From positions 2,325 through 66,324 of the forward strand of contig JANQFF010000383.1 in NCBI GenBank assembly GCA_028277965.1: 64,000 nt of DNA, read 5' to 3'. Source of the DNA: Pseudomonadales bacterium. Its GTDB lineage: Bacteria > Pseudomonadota > Gammaproteobacteria > Pseudomonadales > Azotimanducaceae. Of the stretch, positions 47,778-56,719 are shown one piece after another. Position numbers and translations under genes: made by a program. The notes under the pieces were generated by a model. That model made no database searches, was not told the DNA's origin, and saw only the letters and a list, made by a program, of their open reading frames with translations. How positions within the stretch are numbered: position 1 is the first letter of the stretch; each line of letters opens with the position of its first letter.

Positions 47778-49193
47778 GTGGCGGTGACCAGGCCCAACAT
47801 CATTTTCATCTTTGCTGACCAACATCGTCATGATGCGATGGGTTGTGCTGGCAATGCACTGATTGAGACCCCTAACATAGATCGTTTGGCAGCCAGGGGT
47901 GTTCGCTATACAAATGCCTGGTGCCAGTCGCCGATATGTCAGCCCTCCAGGGCAGCGCTCATTACCAGCCGCTATCCTTCCGAAATAGGCGTCCTGCGAA
48001 ATTTCGGCCCGGATATGAACGCTGAGTGGCCTACTTTTATGAAGCAGTTGCAAGCTGCGGGCTACGCAACAGCGAACATTGGCAAAACGCACTACTACGC
48101 GAAAGGTCTGGTGGAAGCTGGTGGCAGCGTGGATATGCGAGACATGGAACCACAGGTCGCGAAATTTGGTTTTGACCACGTCGTTGAGGAGTTCGACCGT
48201 TACGTGCACGCCATGGATGGGGTGACTACGCCGTATACTGAATACCTCAAAGGCGAAGGGGTATTTGAGATCTACCGCGATCAAATCAGGTCCATATGGA
48301 GACTGACTGAGCAACACTGGGATGGTGTTACAAGTCCACTCACAAAAGAGCAGGATCTAACAAGTTTTCTAACGCGTGAAGCGCAGAGCTGGATTGGCGC
48401 TCAATCTCCGGATCAGCCGTTTTTCCTGCAGCTCTCCTACGTCCAGCCACATGTGCCTTTGATGGGGGATCCTGAGTGGGCCGCATACTATTCCGGTGTG
48501 GATATTCCCCGAGGCAGTCAAGCTGACAAATTTGAGAACGAACCTGTCTGGGCGGATTATCTCTCATGGTGTGGACATCATGCGCAATCTCACCGCTTGT
48601 CCGATGATTATGTGCTGCGGGGTGCACGGCAGTACTACGCGATGATTTCCCTGATCGATGAGTGTGTCGGAAGAATAGTGAGTCAGGTAGACGCACTTGG
48701 GCAACTGGATAACACCATGATCGTGTACAGCTCAGATCACGGCGAGATGCTGGGCGATCACGGATTGATGGCCAAATTCAACTTCTACCGGAGCTCAGTT
48801 CAGGTGCCTCTGATCATCATGCCGCCGGGCGGGTGTTCAGCTCGCACGAGTGAAGCGTTGGTTGAATTGGTTGATATCGGCCCGACACTTATTGAAGCAG
48901 CCGGTGCCGAGCCGCTGCAGAACACTCAAGGTCAATCCATTCTCAATCACACGAACGGGCGTGATTACCTGTTCAGCGAAATCCAGAAACAGAGTCGCCG
49001 GGATGTAGCGCCGACGTTTAGAGCTGCCCGCGACCAGCGTTATCGTTGCACCATCGAGACAACAACCAACACCATATGCGAGTTGTTCGATCTACAACGC
49101 GATCCTGAAGAAACGCAAAATCTGATTCACGACGCCGAACACCGCGACACGATGGATCAATTCCGGGAGCGCATCGCAGCCAAAGTGACATAA
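47778..49193 (+). CDS. Cys-type sulfatase (choline-sulfatase-like), cytoplasmic
   Basis: FADQHR, CQPSR (CxPxR), GKTH, PH, SSDHG; no signal peptide. Confidence 0.92.
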   Translation: MAVTRPNIIFIFADQHRHDAMGCAGNALIETPNIDRLAARGVRYTNAWCQSPICQPSRAALITSRYPSEIGVLRNFGPDMNAEWPTFMKQLQAAGYATANIGKTHYYAKGLVEAGGSVDMRDMEPQVAKFGFDHVVEEFDRYVHAMDGVTTPYTEYLKGEGVFEIYRDQIRSIWRLTEQHWDGVTSPLTKEQDLTSFLTREAQSWIGAQSPDQPFFLQLSYVQPHVPLMGDPEWAAYYSGVDIPRGSQADKFENEPVWADYLSWCGHHAQSHRLSDDYVLRGARQYYAMISLIDECVGRIVSQVDALGQLDNTMIVYSSDHGEMLGDHGLMAKFNFYRSSVQVPLIIMPPGGCSARTSEALVELVDIGPTLIEAAGAEPLQNTQGQSILNHTNGRDYLFSEIQKQSRRDVAPTFRAARDQRYRCTIETTTNTICELFDLQRDPEETQNLIHDAEHRDTMDQFRERIAAKVT

Positions 49194-49207
49194 GCGTCGC
49201 TTACAAA

Positions 49208-50182
49208 TCAATCGACCAGGCTTTTCAGAAACGTTCCAACCTCATCGACCACCCGTTGGTCAGCTGCGTAAGTCCCCTGTATAGGACTCACGGTAACCGT
49301 GAGGGGCTTAAGAACATGGGTTTCGCTGGTTGCAGCGTTGTCCTGCGGATACCCGGCGCTCGATGCGGGCACCGCAACGCTGACGGCAGGCAGTCGCAGT
49401 TCCGGCGATATACCGGCACGTTGCGCAAAGGGACTGTTACCCAGGTCTTCGACAAACTCCAGACCGACGTTGCTGGAGGTACCAATTTGGGTGAAGTGAA
49501 ACTTGAAGTCCGCAGCGGTGGACCGGGCTGCATCGATGGGCGGCATGTTGACGTTCAGTCCCACACCCCTCGGGAGTCTTATTCTACCGTCGTGGTTTAA
49601 TGCCTGAAGCAGTGTAACCGTGAGATCTGCAACCACTGCAGCCTGCTCCGGATCGCCGCTATCCGCGCTGACAGCGATGGCGGGAAGCCCCTTGTTGAGT
49701 GCCGTCACCGTAGCGCCCAGCGTGCCGGAGTGCGGTGTGAGAATGCCCAGGTTGTTACCCTCATTGGGCCCCGATATGACAAGATCTGGAAACCGGCCCC
49801 AGGTCCGCCTGGCCTGAATATCAATACCGTACAAAACCGCCACTGCCGGTGAGCCATCTACATAGAATTGCTGCGGTCCAAGACCGGTAGCGCCAACACC
49901 GGGTGAACCTTGCGGCAAGGTGCCACCCGGCGATTTCTCGCGAGTAGGTCCAATGGGACGCAGAACGCTGATCATCCCGCCCGTGCCACTCTGACCTGAA
50001 TATGGTGCGGACATGATGACGTCATGCCCGGCCGCCCGAAGCGCGCGAAACAGGGCCTGGACGTTGGCAGTTTCGAATCCATCGTCGTTGGTCAGAACGA
50101 TATTGAGCGACAGCGCGGGCGCCGCAAAACAAAGGAGCAAACTCAGGCAGAACAATCGAATCATACAGCCGTCCACTTTCAT
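49208..50182 (-). CDS. surE: SurE-family 5'/3'-nucleotidase, exported
   Basis: LTNDDG, SGPNEGNN, SGT; signal peptide; start ATG 50182 or 50164. Confidence 0.88.
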   Translation of the reverse strand: MKVDGCMIRLFCLSLLLCFAAPALSLNIVLTNDDGFETANVQALFRALRAAGHDVIMSAPYSGQSGTGGMISVLRPIGPTREKSPGGTLPQGSPGVGATGLGPQQFYVDGSPAVAVLYGIDIQARRTWGRFPDLVISGPNEGNNLGILTPHSGTLGATVTALNKGLPAIAVSADSGDPEQAAVVADLTVTLLQALNHDGRIRLPRGVGLNVNMPPIDAARSTAADFKFHFTQIGTSSNVGLEFVEDLGNSPFAQRAGISPELRLPAVSVAVPASSAGYPQDNAATSETHVLKPLTVTVSPIQGTYAADQRVVDEVGTFLKSLVD

Positions 50183-50183
50183 T

Positions 50184-50579
50184 CTATGACTCTGGGATCC
50201 TGCGAATGCCATCAATGTTTGTGGCCCAGGGCATTCCAGATCCGCAAAACCCCTGCGCCTTCGGAATCAGCTTATCACGCTGCCTGATGACACCGACGCG
50301 TAGATTGAAATGCCTTTCATCTTTCGTCGAATAGAGCGCCGAACCGCAGTCTCCACAGAACGCAATCGAGACCTTCCGGCCGCTTCCCCCGGTCTTGATG
50401 TAGGTCTTCGGAGTACCTTCAAGCCGGATGTTTTCCGATGGAACTCCGAACACACTGACTCGATACGGTGCGCTGGAAAAGGTCTGGCAATCGGTGCAAT
50501 GGCAAATCACAACGTGATCAGGGTTGATCTCGGCTTCGTACGTAACGCGCCCGCAGTGGCAGCTTCCATCGACTTTCAT
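50184..50579 (-). CDS. GFA / CENP-V family protein
   Basis: GSCHCG, CHCTDCQ, FCGDCGS. Confidence 0.92.
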   Translation of the reverse strand: MKVDGSCHCGRVTYEAEINPDHVVICHCTDCQTFSSAPYRVSVFGVPSENIRLEGTPKTYIKTGGSGRKVSIAFCGDCGSALYSTKDERHFNLRVGVIRQRDKLIPKAQGFCGSGMPWATNIDGIRRIPES

Positions 50580-50634
50580 TCAGTCATCCTAAAAGTTCGT
50601 GGTTCTGACGACAATCCACGACTGAATTCAATCG

Positions 50635-51525
50635 TTACGGCATGATGAACAGATAGTTCGTGTCCCGAACCAACTCCACCTGATAGCCCAGGTCGGTAAG
50701 AAATAGCCGAGTTTCCTCAAAGTGCGCACGTTCCTCTGGTGTCCCTTCAGCACCGTGGATTTCCACGATGACTGCAGGCTGACTTGATCTCAGTGTCGCG
50801 ACCGCACCCCGCAGAACCTCGAGTTCGTATCCTTCGACATCGATTTTGATGAGTGAGACATCCTTGAAGCCAAATCCATCGATGTCCCTCAACTCGGCAG
50901 GATCGCCACCCTGCCCAACCGCCGTACCGCCCTCGTTACCCGTGACTGCAGGATTCATTTCAATGATCATTGCCGGAGCCTGGCCAATCGCATAGCGGAG
51001 GGGAACAACGTTCTTCATTCCATTCAGACGCATGTTGTGTGTGAGCTCAATAAACAGCTTCGTTTGCGGCTCAAACGCGTAGATACGACCCCACGGTCCA
51101 ATTGCCCGAGCCATCAGCAGACTATGGGTGCCGATGTGAGCGCCAATATCCAATGCAACGGTGTGCGGCTCGATGCGGTCGAGAATGACTTCCGATACCG
51201 TTTTCTCCCAGGTCCCGCCCTCGACCAGGCGCGCCTTGATCATGTCATCTGGCTTATCGATATAGAATTGCCCGAGACCCACAACCTTCGCGATTGTGTA
51301 CTCGCTCTTCGGGAAGGCCTCAACCAGGTCAGCGACCGCGCCTGTGTCCATGAGCAGGCGCGGACCCAGGGTGTCAGCTGATGGCAATCGTGGACGCGTC
51401 CCGGGTTCGGTCCAGCTGTCTGCATCGGGAAGGCGATCGTACAACTCTGTTTCGCATCCCGCCGCCAGGATAACGCTGACAAGGAGCAAAAACCGAACCG
51501 GGGCTTCCTTTGGTGTTACCTTCAT
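50635..51525 (-). CDS. FkbM-family methyltransferase with lipoprotein signal
   Basis: LDIGAHIG, AFEP, IKIDVEGYE; lipobox LAAGC. Confidence 0.85.
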   Translation of the reverse strand: MKVTPKEAPVRFLLLVSVILAAGCETELYDRLPDADSWTEPGTRPRLPSADTLGPRLLMDTGAVADLVEAFPKSEYTIAKVVGLGQFYIDKPDDMIKARLVEGGTWEKTVSEVILDRIEPHTVALDIGAHIGTHSLLMARAIGPWGRIYAFEPQTKLFIELTHNMRLNGMKNVVPLRYAIGQAPAMIIEMNPAVTGNEGGTAVGQGGDPAELRDIDGFGFKDVSLIKIDVEGYELEVLRGAVATLRSSQPAVIVEIHGAEGTPEERAHFEETRLFLTDLGYQVELVRDTNYLFIMP

Positions 51526-51581
51526 TGTGTCCCCGTCCGTCCCTGTTGCTGCACAGCGGAGCAGCCTGGTAACACTTTCCT

Positions 51582-52934
51582 TTAGGAGACTACCGACGCA
51601 TCAATCCAGCTGCCGTGGAAACCGTTGGGAATGCGAGGCAGTTCCACGCTGGCCACCGGCTCATCGTCCATGCTCGCGGCATCCATGATGACAAAGCTGC
51701 TGCTGTCGGTGGATGCGTCATAGACGTAGGTCATCAGGTAACCGTCGTCCTCGTTCTGCGGGTTGGCTGAAGGGACAAATACCGGCTCGCCACCCATGCG
51801 GCCCTGGCCGAAGTCGATTTCGCTGCGTTCGCCCGTTTCCCGGTCGTATTTGAGGATGGCTCCGCGGGACGCCATCGGGTCCTCGGGAGAGTTCATGCCG
51901 GACATGGCCATCATGTAGCCGTAGCGGTGTTTCAGGCCGATGACACTGTCAGCAACACGCGGGAACTCCGCAGCGCGATCGTCGATCTGTTCTTCGTGAA
52001 CCGTGCCTTTGGCCGTATCGATCGTCCAGCGCCAGAAGTTCGGTGATGGGAAGTCCAGCGAAGATTCCCGCCACATGTGACTGAAACGGCACACGTCGAG
52101 AATGATCCGGTCACCCTCTTCGTACGAGTTCAGTGGATGGAAGACATAACATGGGTTGATGTCATACCAGGTCACCTGGGAATCATTACCGTCTCTTGGC
52201 ATAACTCCCAACCGTGCCGGGTAGTTGTCGTCCCACCGGATGGGCATGTCCCCGCTCATCGCAAGGTTCATGTCAAAGACCGCAGGCAGATCCATGAAAA
52301 TCACGTGATTCCGGGTAACGTTGAAGTCATGCATCATCGTCGGTCCGCCAACGGTGATGTTCTCGGTCTGCACCAGTTCGCCTTCCGCGGAGACGCGCAG
52401 ATATCGCAGGTACGGTTCGAATGCCGAGTAACCGAACGCCAGGAGTTCCCCCGTCACCGGACAGATTTTGGGATGGGCGGTGAACGAACCTTTCAGGACC
52501 CCGTTGAAGTCTGTCGGCCCAACCGTTTCGAGGTTACCGTCGAGGACGTAAGGGAAGTGTCCCTCTTCGAGCGCCAGGACCTTCCCGGCATGGCCAACCA
52601 CATGGGTATTGGCTTTGGACGCGGTCATGTCCATCAGTAGTTCGGGGTCGAGATTGTTGGCATCGGGGTTCTTGATGAACGGCGTCTGTACGTAGCGGTT
52701 TCTGTACCACTCGGCTTTACCGTCTCGTACGCGGACACCATGGACCATGCCGTCACCGAAAAAGGGGTGTACGCTGTATCCGGTCACGGGGTTTGCTCCG
52801 GTGCGGACATAACGACCGTCGAGATCAGCCGGAATCGATCCGGTGACTTTGAGATCGGTTAGGGTCCGTTCCTCATTGATGGGTCGGCCGTTGCCGAGCA
52901 GGTGTGAGGGAAGTTCTTCTGGAACCGCTGCCAT
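51582..52934 (-). CDS. Carotenoid/stilbenoid cleavage oxygenase family
   Basis: FFGDGMVH and four iron-ligand His motifs: TAHPK, MMHDF, VFHPLN, GFHGSW. Confidence 0.93.
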   Translation of the reverse strand: MAAVPEELPSHLLGNGRPINEERTLTDLKVTGSIPADLDGRYVRTGANPVTGYSVHPFFGDGMVHGVRVRDGKAEWYRNRYVQTPFIKNPDANNLDPELLMDMTASKANTHVVGHAGKVLALEEGHFPYVLDGNLETVGPTDFNGVLKGSFTAHPKICPVTGELLAFGYSAFEPYLRYLRVSAEGELVQTENITVGGPTMMHDFNVTRNHVIFMDLPAVFDMNLAMSGDMPIRWDDNYPARLGVMPRDGNDSQVTWYDINPCYVFHPLNSYEEGDRIILDVCRFSHMWRESSLDFPSPNFWRWTIDTAKGTVHEEQIDDRAAEFPRVADSVIGLKHRYGYMMAMSGMNSPEDPMASRGAILKYDRETGERSEIDFGQGRMGGEPVFVPSANPQNEDDGYLMTYVYDASTDSSSFVIMDAASMDDEPVASVELPRIPNGFHGSWIDASVVS

Positions 52935-52987
52935 TGTTTATTCTCCTGATGAGATGAGGATGGTAGTGAGTGTAATTCTCCTCGCAT

Positions 52988-53014
52988 GATAAATCTACCC
53001 GTGGTAATTTAATC
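52988..53014. promoter_or_regulatory. Imperfect palindrome, candidate TetR operator
   Basis: GATAAATCTACC-CGT-GGTAATTTAATC in the 83-bp divergent spacer. Confidence 0.4.
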
Positions 53015-53017
53015 CGC

Positions 53018-53641
53018 ATGTCGAATCACCCTGCAACGAGACCTCGCGGACGGCCCAGAGGACGCACAAGCGCAGACGGTGTCATAGCCGATCGGGAAAC
53101 CCTTTTGTCGGCGGCAGAAAAGCTGGTGCGAGACAACGGCCCTTCCGTATCCCTTGAAGCGGTCGCCAGGGGAGCAGGTGTTACAAAACCCACACTCTAC
53201 AGGGAAGTGGGAGACCGTGACGCGCTCGTTCAGGCCATTGCGGAGCGTCTTGCTGTCCGCATGGCGGAGTCGATTACAAACCTCATTGCCGAGGCATCGA
53301 CAGCCCGGGAAGGTTTATGCCAGCTGGTCGCCGGATACCTCGATCTTGCAGCGCAGGAGCGCAACCTTTATCTGTTTGTGACTGCTGGCGGAACAAGTGA
53401 AGATCGTCTGCAACAGTCTCTGCTGCTGGCTGACGGTGCCGCGGAGCAGTTTGCAGAACCCATTGCCGCATACCGTCGCGCGCACGGTGCTGACCCCGGG
53501 GTTGCCAACGTCTGGTCTTATGGTCTCCTTGGGGCGTTGCACTTTGTGACTCTCTGGTGGCTGCGGGAGCAGAGTGCTCCGGTCGACCGTGTGGTGGACC
53601 AGATCAGCGAACTCCTCTGGTCTGGTATGAAACTGGAATGA
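53018..53641 (+). CDS. TetR-family regulator
   Basis: SLEAVARGAGVTKPTLY HTH. Confidence 0.93.
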   Translation: MSNHPATRPRGRPRGRTSADGVIADRETLLSAAEKLVRDNGPSVSLEAVARGAGVTKPTLYREVGDRDALVQAIAERLAVRMAESITNLIAEASTAREGLCQLVAGYLDLAAQERNLYLFVTAGGTSEDRLQQSLLLADGAAEQFAEPIAAYRRAHGADPGVANVWSYGLLGALHFVTLWWLREQSAPVDRVVDQISELLWSGMKLE

Positions 53642-55047
53642 CAGAAAGCTCTGTGCCCTCGGCCCAGCGTTACCCGATGGGCCAGCTCAACTTTCGCGAC
53701 AGCGTGTTGTTCATCATGGGTGCCCCGGGCTGGCAGATCACGGCAACGATCGTCATTTCCATCGGTATCTATTTTTATCTTCCCCCGGAAGGAGCTGGCC
53801 TTCAGGCTCAGGTTTCAGAGGAAATCTTTCTTGGTGTTCTGACGGCTTACGGTTTAGCCCGACTCATCGGTGGGTTCGTCGACTCTCTCGCCGACCCGCT
53901 GATAGGGCATTTTTCCGATCGTTCCCGATCGCGTCTGGGCAGGCGGCGCGTGTTTCTGATATTCGGCGTGGTGCCGATGGTGGTGACACCGGCACTGCTC
54001 TTCTTCCCTCCGGGTGAACCGGGTACTCACGAGGTCTTTGTCTACCTGACGGTTCTGTTGAGCCTTTACTATGTCTTTTTCACCGTATACGTGGCGCCTT
54101 ACAACGCGTTGACACCCGAAATTGCAAAAACCGAAGCGGAGCGGGTTGAACTCGTACGCATTCGATCCGCAATAGCAGGTCCCATCGCCATGACTTACGG
54201 CATCCTGTGGCTGGCTGGCATCAAGTTCTTTCGTGAAATGGGGCTCGATGCCAACAGCGCTGTGCAGATGGTGGTGGTCATCTCCTGTGTGATTTCTTTT
54301 GTCTTCTGTATCTGTCCGATCTTTGTCGTGCGGGAAGAGGAGATGGATTTCAAGCCGACGACGCTGAACCTCAGGTCAGCGCTTTCGACAACACTCGCGA
54401 ACAGACCATTCCTGTCATACCTCTTTGCTCAGGTCATTTTTTTCATGGGGATCACGATGAGCGGTCCTGCAATTCCGTACTTTGCCCGTGTCATTCTGGG
54501 CCGGGATGAAGGGTTTGCGGCTATCCTTTCGCTCACGATGCTGCCCGGCATTCTGATCGGGTTCATCTTCATTCAGAAGGTCGTCGACATCATCGGCACC
54601 AAAAAAACACTGGTTGGGTCGGTTCTGATCCTGGGGCTTGCCCATGTGCCGTATGGATTTCTCACCCCGAGCGCACCCGGGGATGCCCATGACTTTTTCA
54701 ACGTATCGTTTGTGCTGGGTCTGTCAGCGTTCAAGGGTCTGGCGATCGCCGGATGGATGATCCTGCCGACGGTCATCCTGGGGCAGCTGATCGATCTGGA
54801 CGAGGCCCGCACCGGGGCCAGTCGGTCGGCGACGTACTATGGCGTGCAGGGACTGCTGACAAAATGGGTGTATGCGGCTTCGGCTGCAATCATGAGTTAC
54901 CTGTTGTCAGCGTATGGCCGGAGTGCTGAAGAGCCCCTGGGGGTCCTGCTCATTGGCCCGGTCGCGGGAGGGTTGTGTCTGATTTCGGCACTCATCTATG
55001 CGTGTTATCCGGAAAAGCGGGTCCAGAAAGAAGCGCGGGGTCTGTAG
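53638..55047 (+). CDS. GPH/MelB-type MFS transporter
   Basis: DSLADPLIGHFSDRSRSRLGRRR, PYNALTPE; ATGA overlap with tetR. Confidence 0.9.
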   Translation: MTESSVPSAQRYPMGQLNFRDSVLFIMGAPGWQITATIVISIGIYFYLPPEGAGLQAQVSEEIFLGVLTAYGLARLIGGFVDSLADPLIGHFSDRSRSRLGRRRVFLIFGVVPMVVTPALLFFPPGEPGTHEVFVYLTVLLSLYYVFFTVYVAPYNALTPEIAKTEAERVELVRIRSAIAGPIAMTYGILWLAGIKFFREMGLDANSAVQMVVVISCVISFVFCICPIFVVREEEMDFKPTTLNLRSALSTTLANRPFLSYLFAQVIFFMGITMSGPAIPYFARVILGRDEGFAAILSLTMLPGILIGFIFIQKVVDIIGTKKTLVGSVLILGLAHVPYGFLTPSAPGDAHDFFNVSFVLGLSAFKGLAIAGWMILPTVILGQLIDLDEARTGASRSATYYGVQGLLTKWVYAASAAIMSYLLSAYGRSAEEPLGVLLIGPVAGGLCLISALIYACYPEKRVQKEARGL

Positions 55048-55054
55048 GGTAAAG

Positions 55055-56716
55055 ATGGCGACATGGGATGAAGAGACAGATCTTGTCGTGGTTGGTTCGG
55101 GCGCCGCCGGGCTGACAGCTGCGGTCGTTGCCGATCGCGAAGGTCTGGAGGTCATCGTGTTGGAGAAGGAAGCTGTGTATGGCGGGAGCACGGCACGCTC
55201 CGGTGGGGTGGCCTGGATACCGAACAATCATGTCATGGCGAAAGAAGGAATATCGGATTCTCCTGAAGATGCGCTGACCTATCTCAAACACAACATTGGC
55301 AACCGGGTGGCGGCTGCCAAGCTCGAGGCGTTTGTCGAACATGCGCCGCGCATGGCTGCATACATCGCTTCCAACAGCGAACTCGAATTCAATCTCGTTC
55401 ATGGATTCCCGGATTATCGACCGGAAACACCCGGCGGGAGCGAAGGAGGACGTTCGATCGATCCGAAGGTGGTATCCGGGCGACGCCTGAATGACCTGGA
55501 CCGGCTGGCGTACACAAATGTGCGACTTCCCGGCGGGCTCGTGGGTTCTGTCACCGAAATGAGACGACTGGCTTTTTTCAGATCGGCGCCATTTGCGATG
55601 CTCAAGGTCTGGCGGTTCTTTCCTCGTAATCTGTGGAATCTGGTTGGGCGGCGTCAGCACCTGTCGAACGGCCGGGCATTGATTGCGGGGTTGCGGCTGA
55701 CGATGCAGCGCCGCGGTATTCCTCTCTGGCTGGAATCACCTCTCGATGAGCTCGTTGTGGAAGAAGGGGCCGTTACAGGTGTGCTCATAAGAAAAGACGG
55801 GAAGAAATTCAAAATACGCGCACGGAAAGGTGTCGTCATGGCCGCTGGCGGTTTCGAACACAATGCGGAGATGCGGGGGGAATACTTCAAGGACAGTTCT
55901 GCAGAGTGGCGCGAAGGTCGTTACACCTCGGGGGCTGGTGGCAACACAGGAGACGCGATCCAGGCAGGCGCCAGGGTCGGTGCCGCCCTGGACCTCATGG
56001 ATGACATGTGGTGGATGCCTTCCACAATGCCCCCTGGCGGGCGACCGGTGATTGTCGTGTTCGAACGGGGGCTACCGCATATGATGATCGTCAATGCCCG
56101 CGGGGAACGATTTGCCAACGAGGCTCGTCCATATAACGAGCTGGGCCGTATTCTCTACGAGAGTGATGCGCCTCCTGCCTACCTCATCTTCGATGACACG
56201 TACAAGTCGAAGTACACCATAGGTGGAATGCTCCCGGGTGTCCCCCCGGAAAGCTACGTTCGCGATGGCTACGTCAAACGAGCCGATTCGATCGAGGATC
56301 TCGCCCGGTCGGCAGGGATCGATGTTCAGAGCCTCACTCAAGCGGTAAGTCGATTCAACGACATGGCCGCTCGGGGTGAAGACGAAGATTACGGTAAAGG
56401 AAACAGTGCGTTTGATCGTTACGCCGGGGATCCCGCTCATAAGCCCAATCCGTGTCTCGGCCCGATAGGTAAGCCACCGTTTTACGCGGTTGAGATCCTG
56501 GCCGGGGATCTCGGTACCAAGGGGGGCCTGTTGACGAATGAACACGCGCAGGTTGTGGGAGGCGACGGTGAGGTTATCCCGGGTTTGTATGCAGCCGGAA
56601 ACAATTCGGCCTGCGTTATGGGCGAGTACTACCCTGGAGCAGGCGGTACCATCGGTGCCGGAATGACGTACGGTTACATAGCCGCGCAACATGCAGCCGG
56701 GGCGAAATTGTCTTGA
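55055..56716 (+). CDS. kstD: 3-ketosteroid delta1-dehydrogenase-like flavoprotein
   Basis: GSGAAG, GGSTARSGGVAWIPN, three tyrosines at KstD catalytic positions (PDY, RPYN, YYPGAG), GDLGTKGG. Confidence 0.8.
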   Translation: MATWDEETDLVVVGSGAAGLTAAVVADREGLEVIVLEKEAVYGGSTARSGGVAWIPNNHVMAKEGISDSPEDALTYLKHNIGNRVAAAKLEAFVEHAPRMAAYIASNSELEFNLVHGFPDYRPETPGGSEGGRSIDPKVVSGRRLNDLDRLAYTNVRLPGGLVGSVTEMRRLAFFRSAPFAMLKVWRFFPRNLWNLVGRRQHLSNGRALIAGLRLTMQRRGIPLWLESPLDELVVEEGAVTGVLIRKDGKKFKIRARKGVVMAAGGFEHNAEMRGEYFKDSSAEWREGRYTSGAGGNTGDAIQAGARVGAALDLMDDMWWMPSTMPPGGRPVIVVFERGLPHMMIVNARGERFANEARPYNELGRILYESDAPPAYLIFDDTYKSKYTIGGMLPGVPPESYVRDGYVKRADSIEDLARSAGIDVQSLTQAVSRFNDMAARGEDEDYGKGNSAFDRYAGDPAHKPNPCLGPIGKPPFYAVEILAGDLGTKGGLLTNEHAQVVGGDGEVIPGLYAAGNNSACVMGEYYPGAGGTIGAGMTYGYIAAQHAAGAKLS

Positions 56717-56719
56717 GAT

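Noticed and set aside
47778-49193. Sulfatase without a maturation enzyme as an anomaly
   Set aside because: Formylglycine-generating enzymes are often encoded elsewhere in the genome.
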